From Octopus bimaculoides (taxonomy: Eukaryota): a stretch of DNA of 50,690 nt. The notes beneath the pieces were generated by a model that was not told the DNA's origin, made no database searches, and worked only from the letters and a program-made list of their open reading frames with translations. The stretch covers positions 39,748,407 through 39,799,096 of the forward strand of contig NC_068997.1 of assembly GCF_001194135.2 (NCBI RefSeq), written 5' to 3'. The position numbers were made by a program, and so were the translations under genes. Below are positions 11,756 through 24,379 of this stretch, in pieces (the stretch's first letter is position 1; each line of letters starts with the position of its first letter).

Positions 11756-13816
11756 TGTGTGTGTGTGTGCGCATGTGTGTGTGTGTGTGTGATTCTTCAA
11801 ATAGCACTATTTGTTTTCCAAATTCTAGCAATGGAGCTAAAATTTGGAAAACATGAAATGATGTTACGTACTGAACCTTAGAAAAATCTTTCATGTTTTT
11901 ACTGCTCTGCTTCTGGATAGCATTTGCGAAATGTGCATTAGTTCAATGCCTTCTTTGCCTGAAAATCTTACCCGTTCCAGATGGTGGTTAAAACATGTAG
12001 ATATATTGATCGTAAAAATTTCTTAAATCTTCTGTATGTCAATGCCAATGTTTAGGGCTGGCATTCTTTTTATCAACAAAGGCCAAGCAATGCCCAAAGG
12101 TATGTATGCATGTCTGTCTGTGTGTATATATGTATATATGTATGTACGTATGTATGCAAGTCATTATTCAGTTATATATTTCTAGATCAGTTTCTAATTT
12201 AGACCCAAAGCTCCTTCATTGGCATTTCAACAACATAAACAGGGTATTTTTGCATGTATGTGTGTATATGTGCAGTATTGGGAGTTAATGCATGTGCAGA
12301 TTTGTATGTTTTGTTTTACGTATGCATTTTCATGCACGTCTAAACATGCGCATATATACTTAAATCAAAAACATCTGGGAGGTTTTACAATTTTTTATTT
12401 ATATGTATGTATGTATGTATGTATGCATTATGAATGTATTGCATTCAGTTTGTAAAGATGGCCATAAAACATACCAAACTTTCCCGCGCAAACTACTTAA
12501 TTTGGATGTCGCAAACTCTTTCGTAGAACATTACGGAATCAAAAGATATGTTGTAGAACGATCTTCCAACAGTTCCTTTAGAATATTACCACGTTTGTTA
12601 AAGACCAGTTGTTAATTAACGTGGATATTTATATAGTAATTACGTTCTCAATTCCAGACAGATAGAACCTGTTTAACACTTGAACTGTAAATACTAACGA
12701 ATACATTTATTTTTTCTCAACCTCTTTGTGTTACGTCCACCTTCAAAATAAGCATTTTCATTAAATGACAATACTTCTGGACCCGAATGCTAATTTATTA
12801 TTGCTTCTCAAATTATCAATATCTATAACGAGGAGAAAGAACAAACGTTGGTAGTAAAAACAAAAAAACGTTTCTTTTTCTTTATTTTTTTTTCGTTAAT
12901 TATCAACCCTCCTAATTGAAAACTGAAAAGATTTTCCAGTAAAATTAGAATATGTACTGATTTATCTCCATTTTGAAAGGTTAATTGATTCTCATTACAG
13001 ATTATTCCCCTGCTGCCCTGCAATGTCATTACCCACAAAATAGCACATTATTTGGGACATCACTAACTAAATTGTAGCTTTGATCCTCATTTCCAAGTGG
13101 AAATTACATGCATCTTCTGCGCAACCAAATAACATTTTAACACCTCCCTGTCATCTTAATCGAATTTAGCACCACATTGCTTGTCTCAAATTAGTCCCAG
13201 AGATATGCAAACGTTTTCTAAAATAAACTATTCTAAAAGTAACTCACCCAGATTTTTTCTTCGTTTTCGAACAGTGAGGTTTAATTTATTTATCACAGCA
13301 GTCTCTTTAAGATATCGACTACTGCAACCTGTATCAAGTTGCACGGTAACTGCTAACAGAGAAAGGAATTCAGTTCTACAAAAAGAGACGTTTTGATTTA
13401 ACTATCTGAGAACATCTAAGTGAGTATAAGCTTTAAATATTTCTTACCTGTAATAAAACAATAACTTTTTTAAATAATTATAGAAATTAGTTAATCTATC
13501 ATGAGTCTGCAGATCGGTTTAATCTGTCATTTAAGAAATTTTTAAATATTTTTTCTCGTGATCGTAACTATTTAGTTACTAAACGTATAAGTATTTCTTA
13601 CATAAACTTCAATTCGTTTTGCATAATTTGTATGGTTTCTTTTCTCACTGATTATCATTGAGAAGGTTTCAGTTTCAAAACAAGATCCGTTTCGAAAATC
13701 TTTGTTTTTCGCTTTCTCAAATGTTTAATTCCTTTTGGAAGCATTTCCTTCAGCATATCTATTCATTTTAGAGAAGAAAAAAGTTTCTTCTTAATCGGAT
13801 CCTCTGCCTTTTTTAT

Positions 13817-13872
13817 TGTCGTCGTCGTCGCCGTCATCGTTGTCATCGTCGTCGTCGTCGTCGTCGTCGTCG

Positions 13873-13920
<48 letters not shown>

Positions 13921-13940
13921 ACAACAACAACACCAACAAC
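13817..13940. repeat. Compound (GTC)n(ATC)n(AAC)n microsatellite
   Basis: Direct; explains the poly-Met/Thr ORF. Confidence 0.95.
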
Positions 13941-14599
13941 ATCGCTATTATTGCTATCATCGTCAATGCTCGAGCAACTTTAAACATTTTGCTCATAGCT
14001 GAAGGAGCTGTCACCATAGTTACGAATAAAATATTTGCAGTCACTATTTCACATTATTTGAACTTCCAAATGTTAAGAACTAATTGCTGCACATCCTCTA
14101 TTTTAAGAGGAGGGTAACAACATAGAAACTGTAAGTATTTTACAGCCGTGATCTCTAAAGTTGCAGCAGATGAGTGGATTAAATGTCGACCCAATACGTT
14201 TCTTAGCAGGAGAACGTTCGTACGGTATCTGATACAAAACAAGTACTTCTATCGTCAGTCGACCAACAACCTATTAAACAGTAACTTTAAAAAGGGTAGT
14301 AGGTTCTTGAACAGTCTTATTTTTGAAGTATTCTTTTGATAGAAGTTATTCTAAATCCATTAACATCAACTGGTTACTAACCGTATGGGATGTGCTTTAC
14401 TTTTCTTAATGTTACTTCAGAGATTCGACTTCTTGAGATTTGTTAACTTGTTGGAAAATGACTGTGGCTTGTATGTATTTGGTGACTTTTGTTTTATGCT
14501 ACTCTGGAAAAGATAGTGAGTCCGGGAAGGATAATATTTTGGTAGGAGCCCTGCAAATTCATTTTTAGGGTAGGTCACCAGCTATTCAGACTTCATCTG

Positions 14600-16240
14600 T
14601 GGCACCAAGAACTGTATGCATGCGTCAGGCCAAGGCAAGAGTGTGGCAGGCCGGCTAAACGAAATTCAGTGTTAAGCGTGGAGATTTAAATTCTGAGGAA
14701 ATTGTTTAAAAGCTTGTCACTGTATGCATTTGATAACTGGATTTCTGGTGAACTGTGCTAACGAACGCCACTAATCAGTTGTCAAGTTCAACGATGTGAA
14801 AAACACTATCTAGCAATGATTCTGTGGAATGCATGGCTGGAGCAAAACCTGTTTATTCTCATGCATTCTTAGCATGCTTCTAACCGTCTCTCACCGCCTT
14901 ACCATTGGTCCAAGAAGTCAGGAAAGCGAGAGTGAGGATGGTCATCCGATGAATCCTTCCCTCATTCTTAGCCAAATTCAAAACAACTTTAATCTATAAT
15001 CAGACAGCGGACCTTTCGCTGCGATAATCGTGGTATCGCGCTTGTCGAAGACAATAGTATAATTTCATAGCGCTGAAAGATGCATTATAGTGGGAGACCT
15101 GTTACGAATTTCGGGTCACCTGCACAACTGTATAATCCTTTTTTGTGGGGTGCCTTGAGACTAGTTACTATTTATGTCTAAACAGGGGTACAACGACCCG
15201 CTTCCGTCTGACGTTTAGAAGCTTGCCTGGTGACGTCGCGATCACTGGTACTAGTCGGTGATTGGAAGTACATTTTGTACTCACAGCGTGACTGAGTGAA
15301 GCTACTGCATAGAGTCAGAGGTGGGGGGGGGAGCCTCAAAGGTTTGCTCAAAAGTTTTCAACTGTCTGACTAGTATTGACTTGAATTCCTGATGCAACAG
15401 TATGGAAATAAAACAACCTCAGTGTGTCATCTAGATCGGATCTCGAAAGCGTATTTGCTTGACCATCGGATAGGGATAGTGTAGGAAATCCATTGTTCAA
15501 ATTGATTGATTACACTTACCACAAATTTGTGAGCTACGTGGTCGATTAAGATATGGTCACAGAGACTAGGCTACAGAATTAGATAAACGGCAGTTGACGT
15601 GGCCATCCGTCAAAAGTATGGAGCAGGGCACCATGAAGAGTCACAAGATAACTTCTAGAATAAACTAATAACAGAGAAACATAAATTGGAGGGAAGCCAG
15701 TTGACACTCTAGAGGAGGCGATTAGTAAAAGCATCTCAGATGACGTGCGAGCGGGAGATTGGCTCTTGACCATTTCTTCAACGCAGAACATGAATGGCGC
15801 ATTGTGAGAGGAAAAGCCTACGACAACCCCCCCCCNNNNNNNNNNAAAAAAAAACCTCTCCGATGTGCTCGAATGGCATCATCATGACTTGACAAGAAAA
15901 CTATAATCGGGTCTTAAACTGATTAGAAAGGATGCGTGCTTTTCGGTTCCGAGCAGATATGTATACCGCTTCAGGTGGATGATGTATTGGAAACGGTAAA
16001 TGACATCAATGCTTACTCCAATGAGCTTCTAAGACTCACGGCAGAAGAGGCAAAGTACTGCTGAAAGCCCATAACAGGAGCTAAAATTTGGGGAGCAATA
16101 AGCAGTTCTACGAGACACAAATCCCCATGTTTGGATGGTCTACTCATCGAGTTTTACAAATATATGTCATACTCCTTTGGGGATCTTTTGGTAGACGTCT
16201 ACTGCCACAGGCAGCAGAACAGATGGATTCCGGTGGAATC
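14600..16240 (+). mobile_element. Decayed L1/Tx1-clade LINE ORF2 (APE endonuclease, linker, start of RT)
   Basis: Frame-broken motifs IIVGD (about 15085), HLDRI (about 15428), DYTYHKFV (about 15510; equivalent to SDH) and KSPCLDGLLIEFYKYMSYSFGDLLVDVY (about 16120-16205; equivalent to KSPGxDGLPxEFYK). Confidence 0.8.
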
Positions 16241-16479
16241 ACTCCAAGCCTTTAGGCTGGAGAATGACAGTAGGGGAAGTCATTTGCCGTTGGTGTTCAG
16301 GATTATCTTGCATCTGCAGGATTCCATTTTACATTATTTGTATATGATTTATTTCATGTTTCTTCTTTCATTTGATTTTTCTATGCAAATCAAATCAATT
16401 CATGTATGTCATCACGAATTCCCCTGTTATCAGTCGCCTAGCAATGGAAAAGATGTTTTACAGTATTTATTCCAACACT

Positions 16480-16590
16480 TTGAGTTCAATTCCTACCAAG
16501 GTGAATTTGCCTGTCGTTCTTTCAGGTACGATAATAAAGTACTAATTAAGTATTGGAATCACTGGTATCAAATAACATTCTCCCCTCAAA
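16480..16590 (+). mobile_element. SINE family 2 fragment
   Basis: GAGTTCAATTCCTACCAAGGTGAATTTGCCTGTCGTTCTTTCAGG... degenerate core. Confidence 0.6.
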
Positions 16591-16636
16591 ATTATTGTGT
16601 TTGTGTTTCCAATAGGAAGCGTTATTGATATTATTA

Positions 16637-16831
16637 AAGCAGCGAGCTGGCAGAATAATTAGTTCTTAATGGCATTTCGTCTGTCTTTACGTTCTGAGTT
16701 CAAATTCTGCCGAGGTTTACTTTGCCTTTCATCCTTTCGGGGTCGATAGAATAAGTACCTGTTGATCAATGGTGTCGATGTATGTAATTGACTCCTCCAA
16801 AACTGCTGGGCTTGTGTCAAAATTTGAAACC
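16637..16831 (+). mobile_element. SINE family 2
   Basis: GCGAGCTGGCAGAAT..TTCTGAGTTCAAATTCTGCCGAGG..TTTGCCTTTCATCCTTTCGGGGTCGATA.. Confidence 0.9.
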
Positions 16832-19526
16832 AATTTCATAAGAAGACTCACCATTAATTTTGTTGTTATTTGTTCGATCTGAAGTCAAATCTCGCCACAA
16901 TGGACTAAATATACTTTCGATATTGATAAGTACCGGTTCAGTAGTAGATTGATTAAATTAGCTGTATCATTCACTCGTTAGAAATCCCTCTAATCATTGT
17001 ACAGCTATTACAAAATCTTTATTATTACTATTGTTGTTTATAATTTTTTTGTTTTTAAATTTTGATTATAAGAAACTTCCGTTTCTTAGAATCATAAGAT
17101 AATTATTGGCATTTTTCAAAACATACATAAGTATATTTTGAAGTTTAATGCATGCTGAGTGAGAATGACTTCACATTTTATGCCGATATATGTTCTATCT
17201 GCTTACAGACGTATTATATCCGGTGTAAGGATCACAAATGGAATGATGAATGCATTTCCTTAACCGTGATAAGCTAGTTTATATTCATCAGTCAAGAGTA
17301 ATTAATTATCTGAGTATGACAGTTCTCTTTTTTTAACTGAAATATTGCATACTGCGAGAAACTCCGAGTAGCGATGACACGAAGTAAAAGATTCAAACGT
17401 ACACACACACATTTACATATAAGCATACATACATACATACATACATACATACATACACACATACATACATACATACATACATATATACATACACATAAAT
17501 GTATAATCCATTCCTGAAACTGCACAAATATGTGTGTGTATATAAATATGGTAAATTTCAAGCAATTATGCGTCTTTCAATCAATATTATTGATGACCAG
17601 ACTATAATGTTTGAAAATAAGAGAACGTTTTAGGCAATGCTTTAAGGATACCTCTTAAACTTCCACGTTCAAATATTTTGAAATCCTTCAAACAAGTAAA
17701 TTATAATGAGGTCTTAGGTTCAATTCACTGTAAATAACAGTTAATGTAGAAATTGTCGATAAACCTGCTTTGATACGGTAGGGAAATTTAGTTAAAAAGA
17801 ACTCAATTTCCTAAAGTTCCGCCATTGCTCTTAGGTAATCACACAACCATTACTCTTGTATGGAATAATCTTAGAACTCATGCCACTGATCATAGTGCTA
17901 TCCTTAAGCTAGTTCATACCATTAATACATTGTAGTATATCCTTCACAACCATCGATTTAGCTATTTTGATCTACTTTTCCATTGTTCTATGTAATATAT
18001 ATAAGTGTGCATGTGTATGTATATGCATGTAAGAATAAGCACCAGTGTGTAGTTGCGCGTCTTCCTCTGTATGTTCATGATGTGCACATATATACTGTTT
18101 CTAATAATGATAACCATAATGTAACTTTAATGAAATCTATTTGTATTTACATGTACGTGTGTGTGTGTATGTGTTGAGTATGTGTGTGTATGTGAGTCTG
18201 TGTATAATTACATATATGTACATAAATTGAGGCTCACGTGACTACCAGAGGTAGTTAGACGATTGTATTCATTTGCTCATAGTTCAAACACTATTTCTCC
18301 ATGCTTTCATGTATCTAACTCAAAATCTCTGCTTTTCTGTCCATCTCTCTATCTGTCTCTAGATGGGCGCTTGCGGGCATGCACGCGCACACAAATACAC
18401 ACACAAACGCCTACATATTCCTAAAGATATATATTTATGTATGTTTTCCTTTTTAACTGGTGTGATCAGCTAGCTGCTCGGGCGTAAGTTTGTAAAGAAA
18501 GCTAGTTAAAATAGAGGTTCTTGTTTTCCATCCTAGAGCCAGCATCCACCCTTTAAATTTTGAGAAGATCCCGTAGATTTATTTTGTCACAGATTAAACA
18601 TTTTCGGAACATCTACAGCAATTCAATGATGAAGATATGCAGATTTTTTCTAGAAACCGAATTTCAGTCATAGTTTGATCTAGGCGAGTTAGTGGGTTGC
18701 TGTTTTTTTCTTTCGCTCTGACAATAATAGTTACAACGCTGGAAGCAGGCAACTGACTTCCACAACAAACCATGTTTTTAATTTGTGGTTCCAAACTGCA
18801 ATATCGAGGATGGGGTATTTTATTCAGATTGCTGGCTGTTTTTGTTCTATTCCCCCAATATTCTTTTGATCCATCGGTCTCAATATGTTCATCTTTATTG
18901 GTTATTTTTTCTTTCTTACTCTATATCGATTAAATATATATTTGAATTTATATTGCAGCATATATGAATAAAGTGCATTAGATAAACTACCATAAATAAT
19001 ATTATACGATGGATATATAAGACACAATGGCTAATAAATCCATGTAAATTTAATCCGACGAGAAGCAAGTTTCATATCTCTTCAACATGATCCGTGATTA
19101 GTGACGACGATGCGGTTTACGCTCATTTCTACCTGGAAAGAGAACTTGGGTAGGATTGGGTTTCCAGGTGGTTAGAATTTCGTAGAAGAAGGCTTTCATG
19201 AAGCGTTCCGGGCGTTATTTTAACATTTTGAGACTGAGGTATGGAATGGGTGGTAAGAAGATGCAAAGAAAGTAACTGTTAAATTAACAACAGAGAGAGG
19301 GAAGTAGGCTTCAATACATTGTTAACGCTAGCACCTGAACATTTTATTCCACTGGCTCTTTGTTGCATGAAGTTGAGAATGTTTATGTGTAACAACGGTG
19401 TTGTCTTCTTACACAGCAGAGCAGTATTCTTGATGTGGAATGTAATTTCTAGCTAAATAGCTGATTAGTGAGGTTGAAATTTCTAGATATGAAGTAAATG
19501 TCTAGTATGACGAAGAAAAAAAAATC

Positions 19527-19860
19527 CGCGGCTGTGTGGTAAGAGACTTGATTCCAAACCACATGATTCAGGGTTCAGTCCTACTGCACGGCACCTTGGG
19601 CAAGTGCCTTCTACTATAGCCTAGGACCGACCAAGACCTTGTGAGTGGATTTAGTAGACGGAAAATGAAAGAAGCACATTGTGTGTGTGTGTGTGCGCGT
19701 CTTTGTGTCTGTATTTGACCCCCATTATCACTTGACAACCGATGCTGGTATGTTTACGTCCCCGTAAATTAGTGATTCGGCGAAAGAAGCCGATAGAATA
19801 AGTACCAGGCTTTTGGTCAAAGTCTAATGACTGAAACATATACAAGATAAAAGATAAAAA
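19527..19860 (+). mobile_element. SINE family 1, full length
   Basis: Head GCGGCTGTGTGGTAAG..GGGTTCAGTCC..CACCTTGGGCAAGTG, internal (GT)n and (AAGATA) tail; shows that head and tail halves belong to one element. Confidence 0.9.
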
Positions 19861-20242
19861 TGAAAGTTATCTCTAAGCAGTCTGGTGAACAAATTCCTCA
19901 ATATTTTTTCCACTAATTTTCAAATATTTCACAAACAAGATCAGTTGATCAGTGAACAGTAAAGTGTCGCCACAAAAATCCTTGATATGAAGAAAGATTG
20001 ACACGTTACTTATAGGTTTAGTTGTATATCAGTTGGTGGGAATTCAAATGAGAATGACTAATTCCATAAACTATCACGATATATACTGATAGCTATGAAA
20101 TAACAAACATGTACGTGTCTCAGTTCAGCAATACTGTATTTTAGACTTTTAGAAACAAATTTAGACTTTTGCGAACAAATTCTGTGATAATAATACATTG
20201 ACAAAGGACCGAAACAAAATCAGATCACCACTTGGGGCCACA

Positions 20243-20374
20243 GACTGGAGTATGGAAACCAAAACGGGTCTCTACCAGTTCTCTCGGATTAGCGTACGGA
20301 AGCCAAGGCAGCTCTCCATCAGTTTCCTCGGATTGGAGTACGGAAACCAAGGCAAATTCCTACCAGTTTCCTTG
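20243..20374. repeat. Three diverged 44-bp tandem units
   Basis: Units start at 20243, 20287 and 20331; units 2 and 3 match at 34/44 positions by manual alignment. Confidence 0.9.
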
Positions 20375-21184
20375 TATTCCTGATATTAACATATTAGATA
20401 ATAACATAATATTACTAGTTAGCAGTAAATCGCTCTTTGTTGGCAAGATTTTTCTTTCTCCTTCCCTCACGCCTTCATCTCTGTCTTTCTCTCCCTTCCA
20501 CTACCACCTCTCTTTGTTTCTCTGTTATAACAAATGAGTAACTTTGTCGACTGACTTTGATTACAAATCTCTATTAAACATGTTAATTACGTAGTGAATA
20601 ATGAGGTCAGCATTTGTCTCGATCTACAATGAACGACAATAGCCATGGGGCCACCATTTGCTTTTGTAGTCTCTTTCTCCAGTAAGTTGACATGATATCA
20701 GTGGACAGTGTTCATCATTTCGGCATAAACATATTTAGCCTCGCTGTGAATCAGTTTTAAGCAAGGGTTTTCGTAATTGAGACGATCAAACAGCACTTCC
20801 TAGTCAAAACCAATAAACTGGAGGAATATTCAGAGCAAATAACACAGTTCAAACGTGTTAAATTATTCCTTTCAAAAGAAATACAATTCTTTATGATTCT
20901 GCCAGGAGACAATTAAGAAGCTGTTCTAAACATTGGTAAATAATTCTATTCAGAGGTAGATTTACCGATCTATTTTTTCATCTTTCGGTGTTTAAGACTT
21001 ATCTCATAAGTTCAATATAGATGTCTGCGCATTTGTAGCTATTGAAACGGAAGTAATATCAGCTAAACATCAAATATAATTATAAAATACTGATGTCGTA
21101 TATTGTAGCATATTATCATATCACTGGAGAGTGGTAATAATACATATGCTATACTCTATACAGGTTTCGCTAAAACACTTTGTA

Positions 21185-21302
21185 CATCTCTCTCTCTCTC
21201 TGTATCTCTCTCTCTCTCTCTTTCTCTGTGTGTATCTCTCTCTCTTTCTCTGTGTGTATCTCTCTCTCTTTCTCTGTGTGTATATCTCTCTCTTTCTCTG
21301 TG

Positions 21303-21394
<92 letters not shown>

Positions 21395-21680
21395 AATGTG
21401 TGTGTGTGTGTGTGCGTATATATGTATATATATGTATATGGGTGCGTGTATACATTTATATATTTATGCATACATAAGTATATATATATACATGTATGTA
21501 TATGTGTATACATGTGTATATGTATGAATGCATATGTATACACACATGCATATAAATACATGCATATACATATATATGTGTGTGTGTATATGTATATTCA
21601 TATACATATATATATATATATAAACACACACGCACGCACTCACGCACAAGACACACATACGCGCGCGCACACACATATAT
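21185..21680. repeat. (CT)n/(TA)n/(GT)n compound microsatellite
   Basis: Direct. Confidence 0.95.
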
Positions 21681-21880
21681 AGGCACAGAGTGGATGGAAT
21701 TGTTCAAATTGTGGAATACGCCTAAAAGTGTTTTGTGTGGGAATGTAGTCGTTTCACTGGAAGGTTCGAATGAAGCTGAGGGATTGAAATGAAAATCTAT
21801 GTATTGTATTATACTTTGTTCATATTATTATTGGTTTATGGGTAACAAGGTGAGACACACATAAGAAGGAAGGAAACAAA

Positions 21881-21925
21881 GGACCACTGATGAGGTCACA
21901 GAAGTGTGACGAAAGAACTCTGGCC
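21881..21925 (+). ncRNA. Minimal type-I hammerhead ribozyme motif, canonical core
   Basis: GGACCA-CTGATGA-G-GTCACA(GAAG)TGTGAC-GAA-AGAACT-C^TGGCC: all core residues present, 6-bp stem II, 2-bp stem III, 5-bp stem I with one bulge. Confidence 0.8.
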
Positions 21926-22031
21926 GAAATAAGATTAAGATTAATGTAATATAAAGCTGAAGCAAATTAACACCAAATATACAGTGCGTGTGTTTTTATT
22001 GGCTAAACTGGCAATATGACCATCCCCAAGT

Positions 22032-22076
<45 letters not shown>

Positions 22077-24075
22077 TGATGAAGGAAACGAAGGGTTGGA
22101 TTAGCACTGGTCATTATTCAGTACGACGCTCGTTTCGACCCATCCTGCAACTGCCCGTTATGGGTAGGATATTTTGCATCTAACTGTGTTGCATCAACCT
22201 GTGCAGTTTGAGTCACATGCATAAAGAAGGGGGTTTCTCTAGATATACTGAGTTCTCCTAGGCATATTGTTCTTGCTCGCCGTATTTTGGTCATAACTGG
22301 CTAATGGGGCTAGCGGCAGCTGTCCGTGAGTATATAACATAAAATCAAAATCATACGCTCATAAAATATGGAGAGTACAATCTGTCAAAGAAAGATTACA
22401 TTTTGGTGAACGGGGAGGGGTGCGCACTCCCAGCATGAATACACACTCACGCAGGCGTACAGACACATACGCTCACACACACACACAAACGCACATCCAC
22501 ACATCCACCCGCATACACACACACACACCCGTGCGTACGTGAGAATTAAGATCAAAGAATCATAAAAGACAAGGAGTATAACATGTCAAAGAAAGTTTAC
22601 ATTAAGATTATGAGTTTGAAGTCTACGCTGTTGGACGAAAACATATATATAGGCATGCACACACGCGCGCGCGCATGAATCTCTAGTATGTCGTATGAAG
22701 TGGTGATTAGCTATCAGGATGTAAATTTCGTGGCAGACTTCCATCTATTATCTGGCAACACGCTGCGATATAGATTCAGCCGTAGATTACAGATGACCAC
22801 GCTCTCTTGGCTGCAGACACACGCATACGTACACAAATATTTAAAAGTATACACATTGCCGCACAATCATATGTATGTGTGTGTGTGTGTATGTATGTGT
22901 GTGTGTGTGTGTTTGTGTGTGTGTGTGAGCGAGTATATTGTATTTATCTATTTATTTAGTCTTGGGGATATGTTGGTGGTACATTTTAATGGAGGACTCT
23001 GTAAATAGGTGTTTACATATGCACGTAGACGCATTCGTCTGTGTTTTTCTCTGTGCATTCAAACATCTAATTGACTCATGAGGGCTCACTAGTAGAAGTC
23101 CGCACTTTATAAAGATCATCTCTGTATCTATGTATTTATTTCTCAGCATGCACACACAAGCACGAACGTGTTAAAAGTCTATATTACCGATGTCTATTCG
23201 CACCTTATAAATTGTATCTACGTATTTATCCTTCCGTATGCACACCCAACAACGAGTGTGAATGTATGAGCCTGCATACATCTATACTCTCTTGTTACCA
23301 TACTTCAGTGACATACAGACTCATTCCGATGGTTACATATGTAAACAAACAACAATCGCAATGCATATTGTATAAAACTGGAAGTTGGACAGACTTAATG
23401 CCTGGTTGCGTATACAAACAGACAATAATCACAATATATATAATATAAAAATTGAATTGCAAGTCTTGTACATACAATTGTACGATTGTCTTGATATCAT
23501 TCGACAACAATATCAATGACATGTCGTATAAGATAGTTATATTGATCGTGGGTATGTACAAATTATACAGGTAGTCAAAAGTTTGCACTACCATCAGGCT
23601 ACTCCGTGGTGTAAGATCTAGGGTTGTTTGCATGAGGTTGTTACTGAGTGACAACCTCATTATCGGACTTATAATTTAAGTACAACCCCCAGTAAACCCT
23701 ACATATGAGTGTGAGGCTTTGTGTATGTATACAAATACTTACGTACGTATGCGTGTATCCACAAACTCCGCCCCACCCACAGCGTGGTCATCTGTGACCG
23801 ACGACCGAATCTACCTCGCAGGGGGGTACTGGGAGTCTGCCACGAATTCTACATCCTAATAGGTAATCATCACATCAAACGACATACTGTCGACACGTGT
23901 GTATGTGTGTGTGTGTGTGTGTATTAGTGTGTCTGTAAGCTTGTGTGAATGTGCGTTAATCTCCGGGAGTGCACACTTCTCCACGTTAACGGGCAGTTGC
24001 GTTGCAGGATGGGTGGAAACGAGCGTCGTAATGAATAAAGACCGATACTTAACCAATCACCCGTTTCCTTCATCA
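22077..24075. repeat. Old inverted duplication (foldback) with segmented arms
   Basis: Reverse-complement matches by eye: 22077-22161 with 23977-24075, about 22408-22490 with 23905-23977, about 22683-22870 with 23700-23890. Confidence 0.8.
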
Positions 24076-24222
24076 ATTATTATCTCACCTCTCACTGCAG
24101 AATTCATGACGCAGAATTCCTGACATCCAACTGTGGATGTCACCAATATTGTGAATGCCCTTTTCTCACACTAATTGGCATATACCCATGAGCTACACAC
24201 ACACACACACACACACACACAG

Positions 24223-24379
24223 AGGCGCAGGCGTGACTGTGTGGTAAGAAACTTGCTTCTCAGCCACTTGGCTCCGGGTTGAAACCTATTGCAAGAGTTT
24301 TCTACTATATCTTCGGGCCGAGCAAAGTTTTATGAGTGGATTTGGTAGACGGAAACTGAACGAAACCCGTCGTGTATAC
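24223..24379 (+). mobile_element. SINE family 1, head half (runs into gap)
   Basis: AGGCGCAGGCGTGACTGTGTGGTAAG..GAGTGGATTTGGTAGACGGAAACTGAA. Confidence 0.85.

Noticed and set aside
11972-12615. Possible exons near 11981-12099 and 12449-12615
   Set aside because: Splice-like signals exist on both strands but no frame gives a recognisable or consistently joined peptide.
18772-18933. 53-codon hydrophobic ORF MFLICGSKLQYRGWGILFRLLAVFVLF..
   Set aside because: T-rich sequence gives hydrophobic peptides by chance; no donor site and no homology recognised.
20243-20374. CRISPR-like appearance of the 44-bp repeats
   Set aside because: No spacers, diverged units, eukaryotic context and no cas genes.
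20620-20687. GCCATGG Kozak plus GTAAGT on the plus strand, and an IVVHC (PTP-like) peptide on the minus strand
   Set aside because: The same bases also read as an acceptor with all frames closed; the PTP motif lacks SAGxGR.
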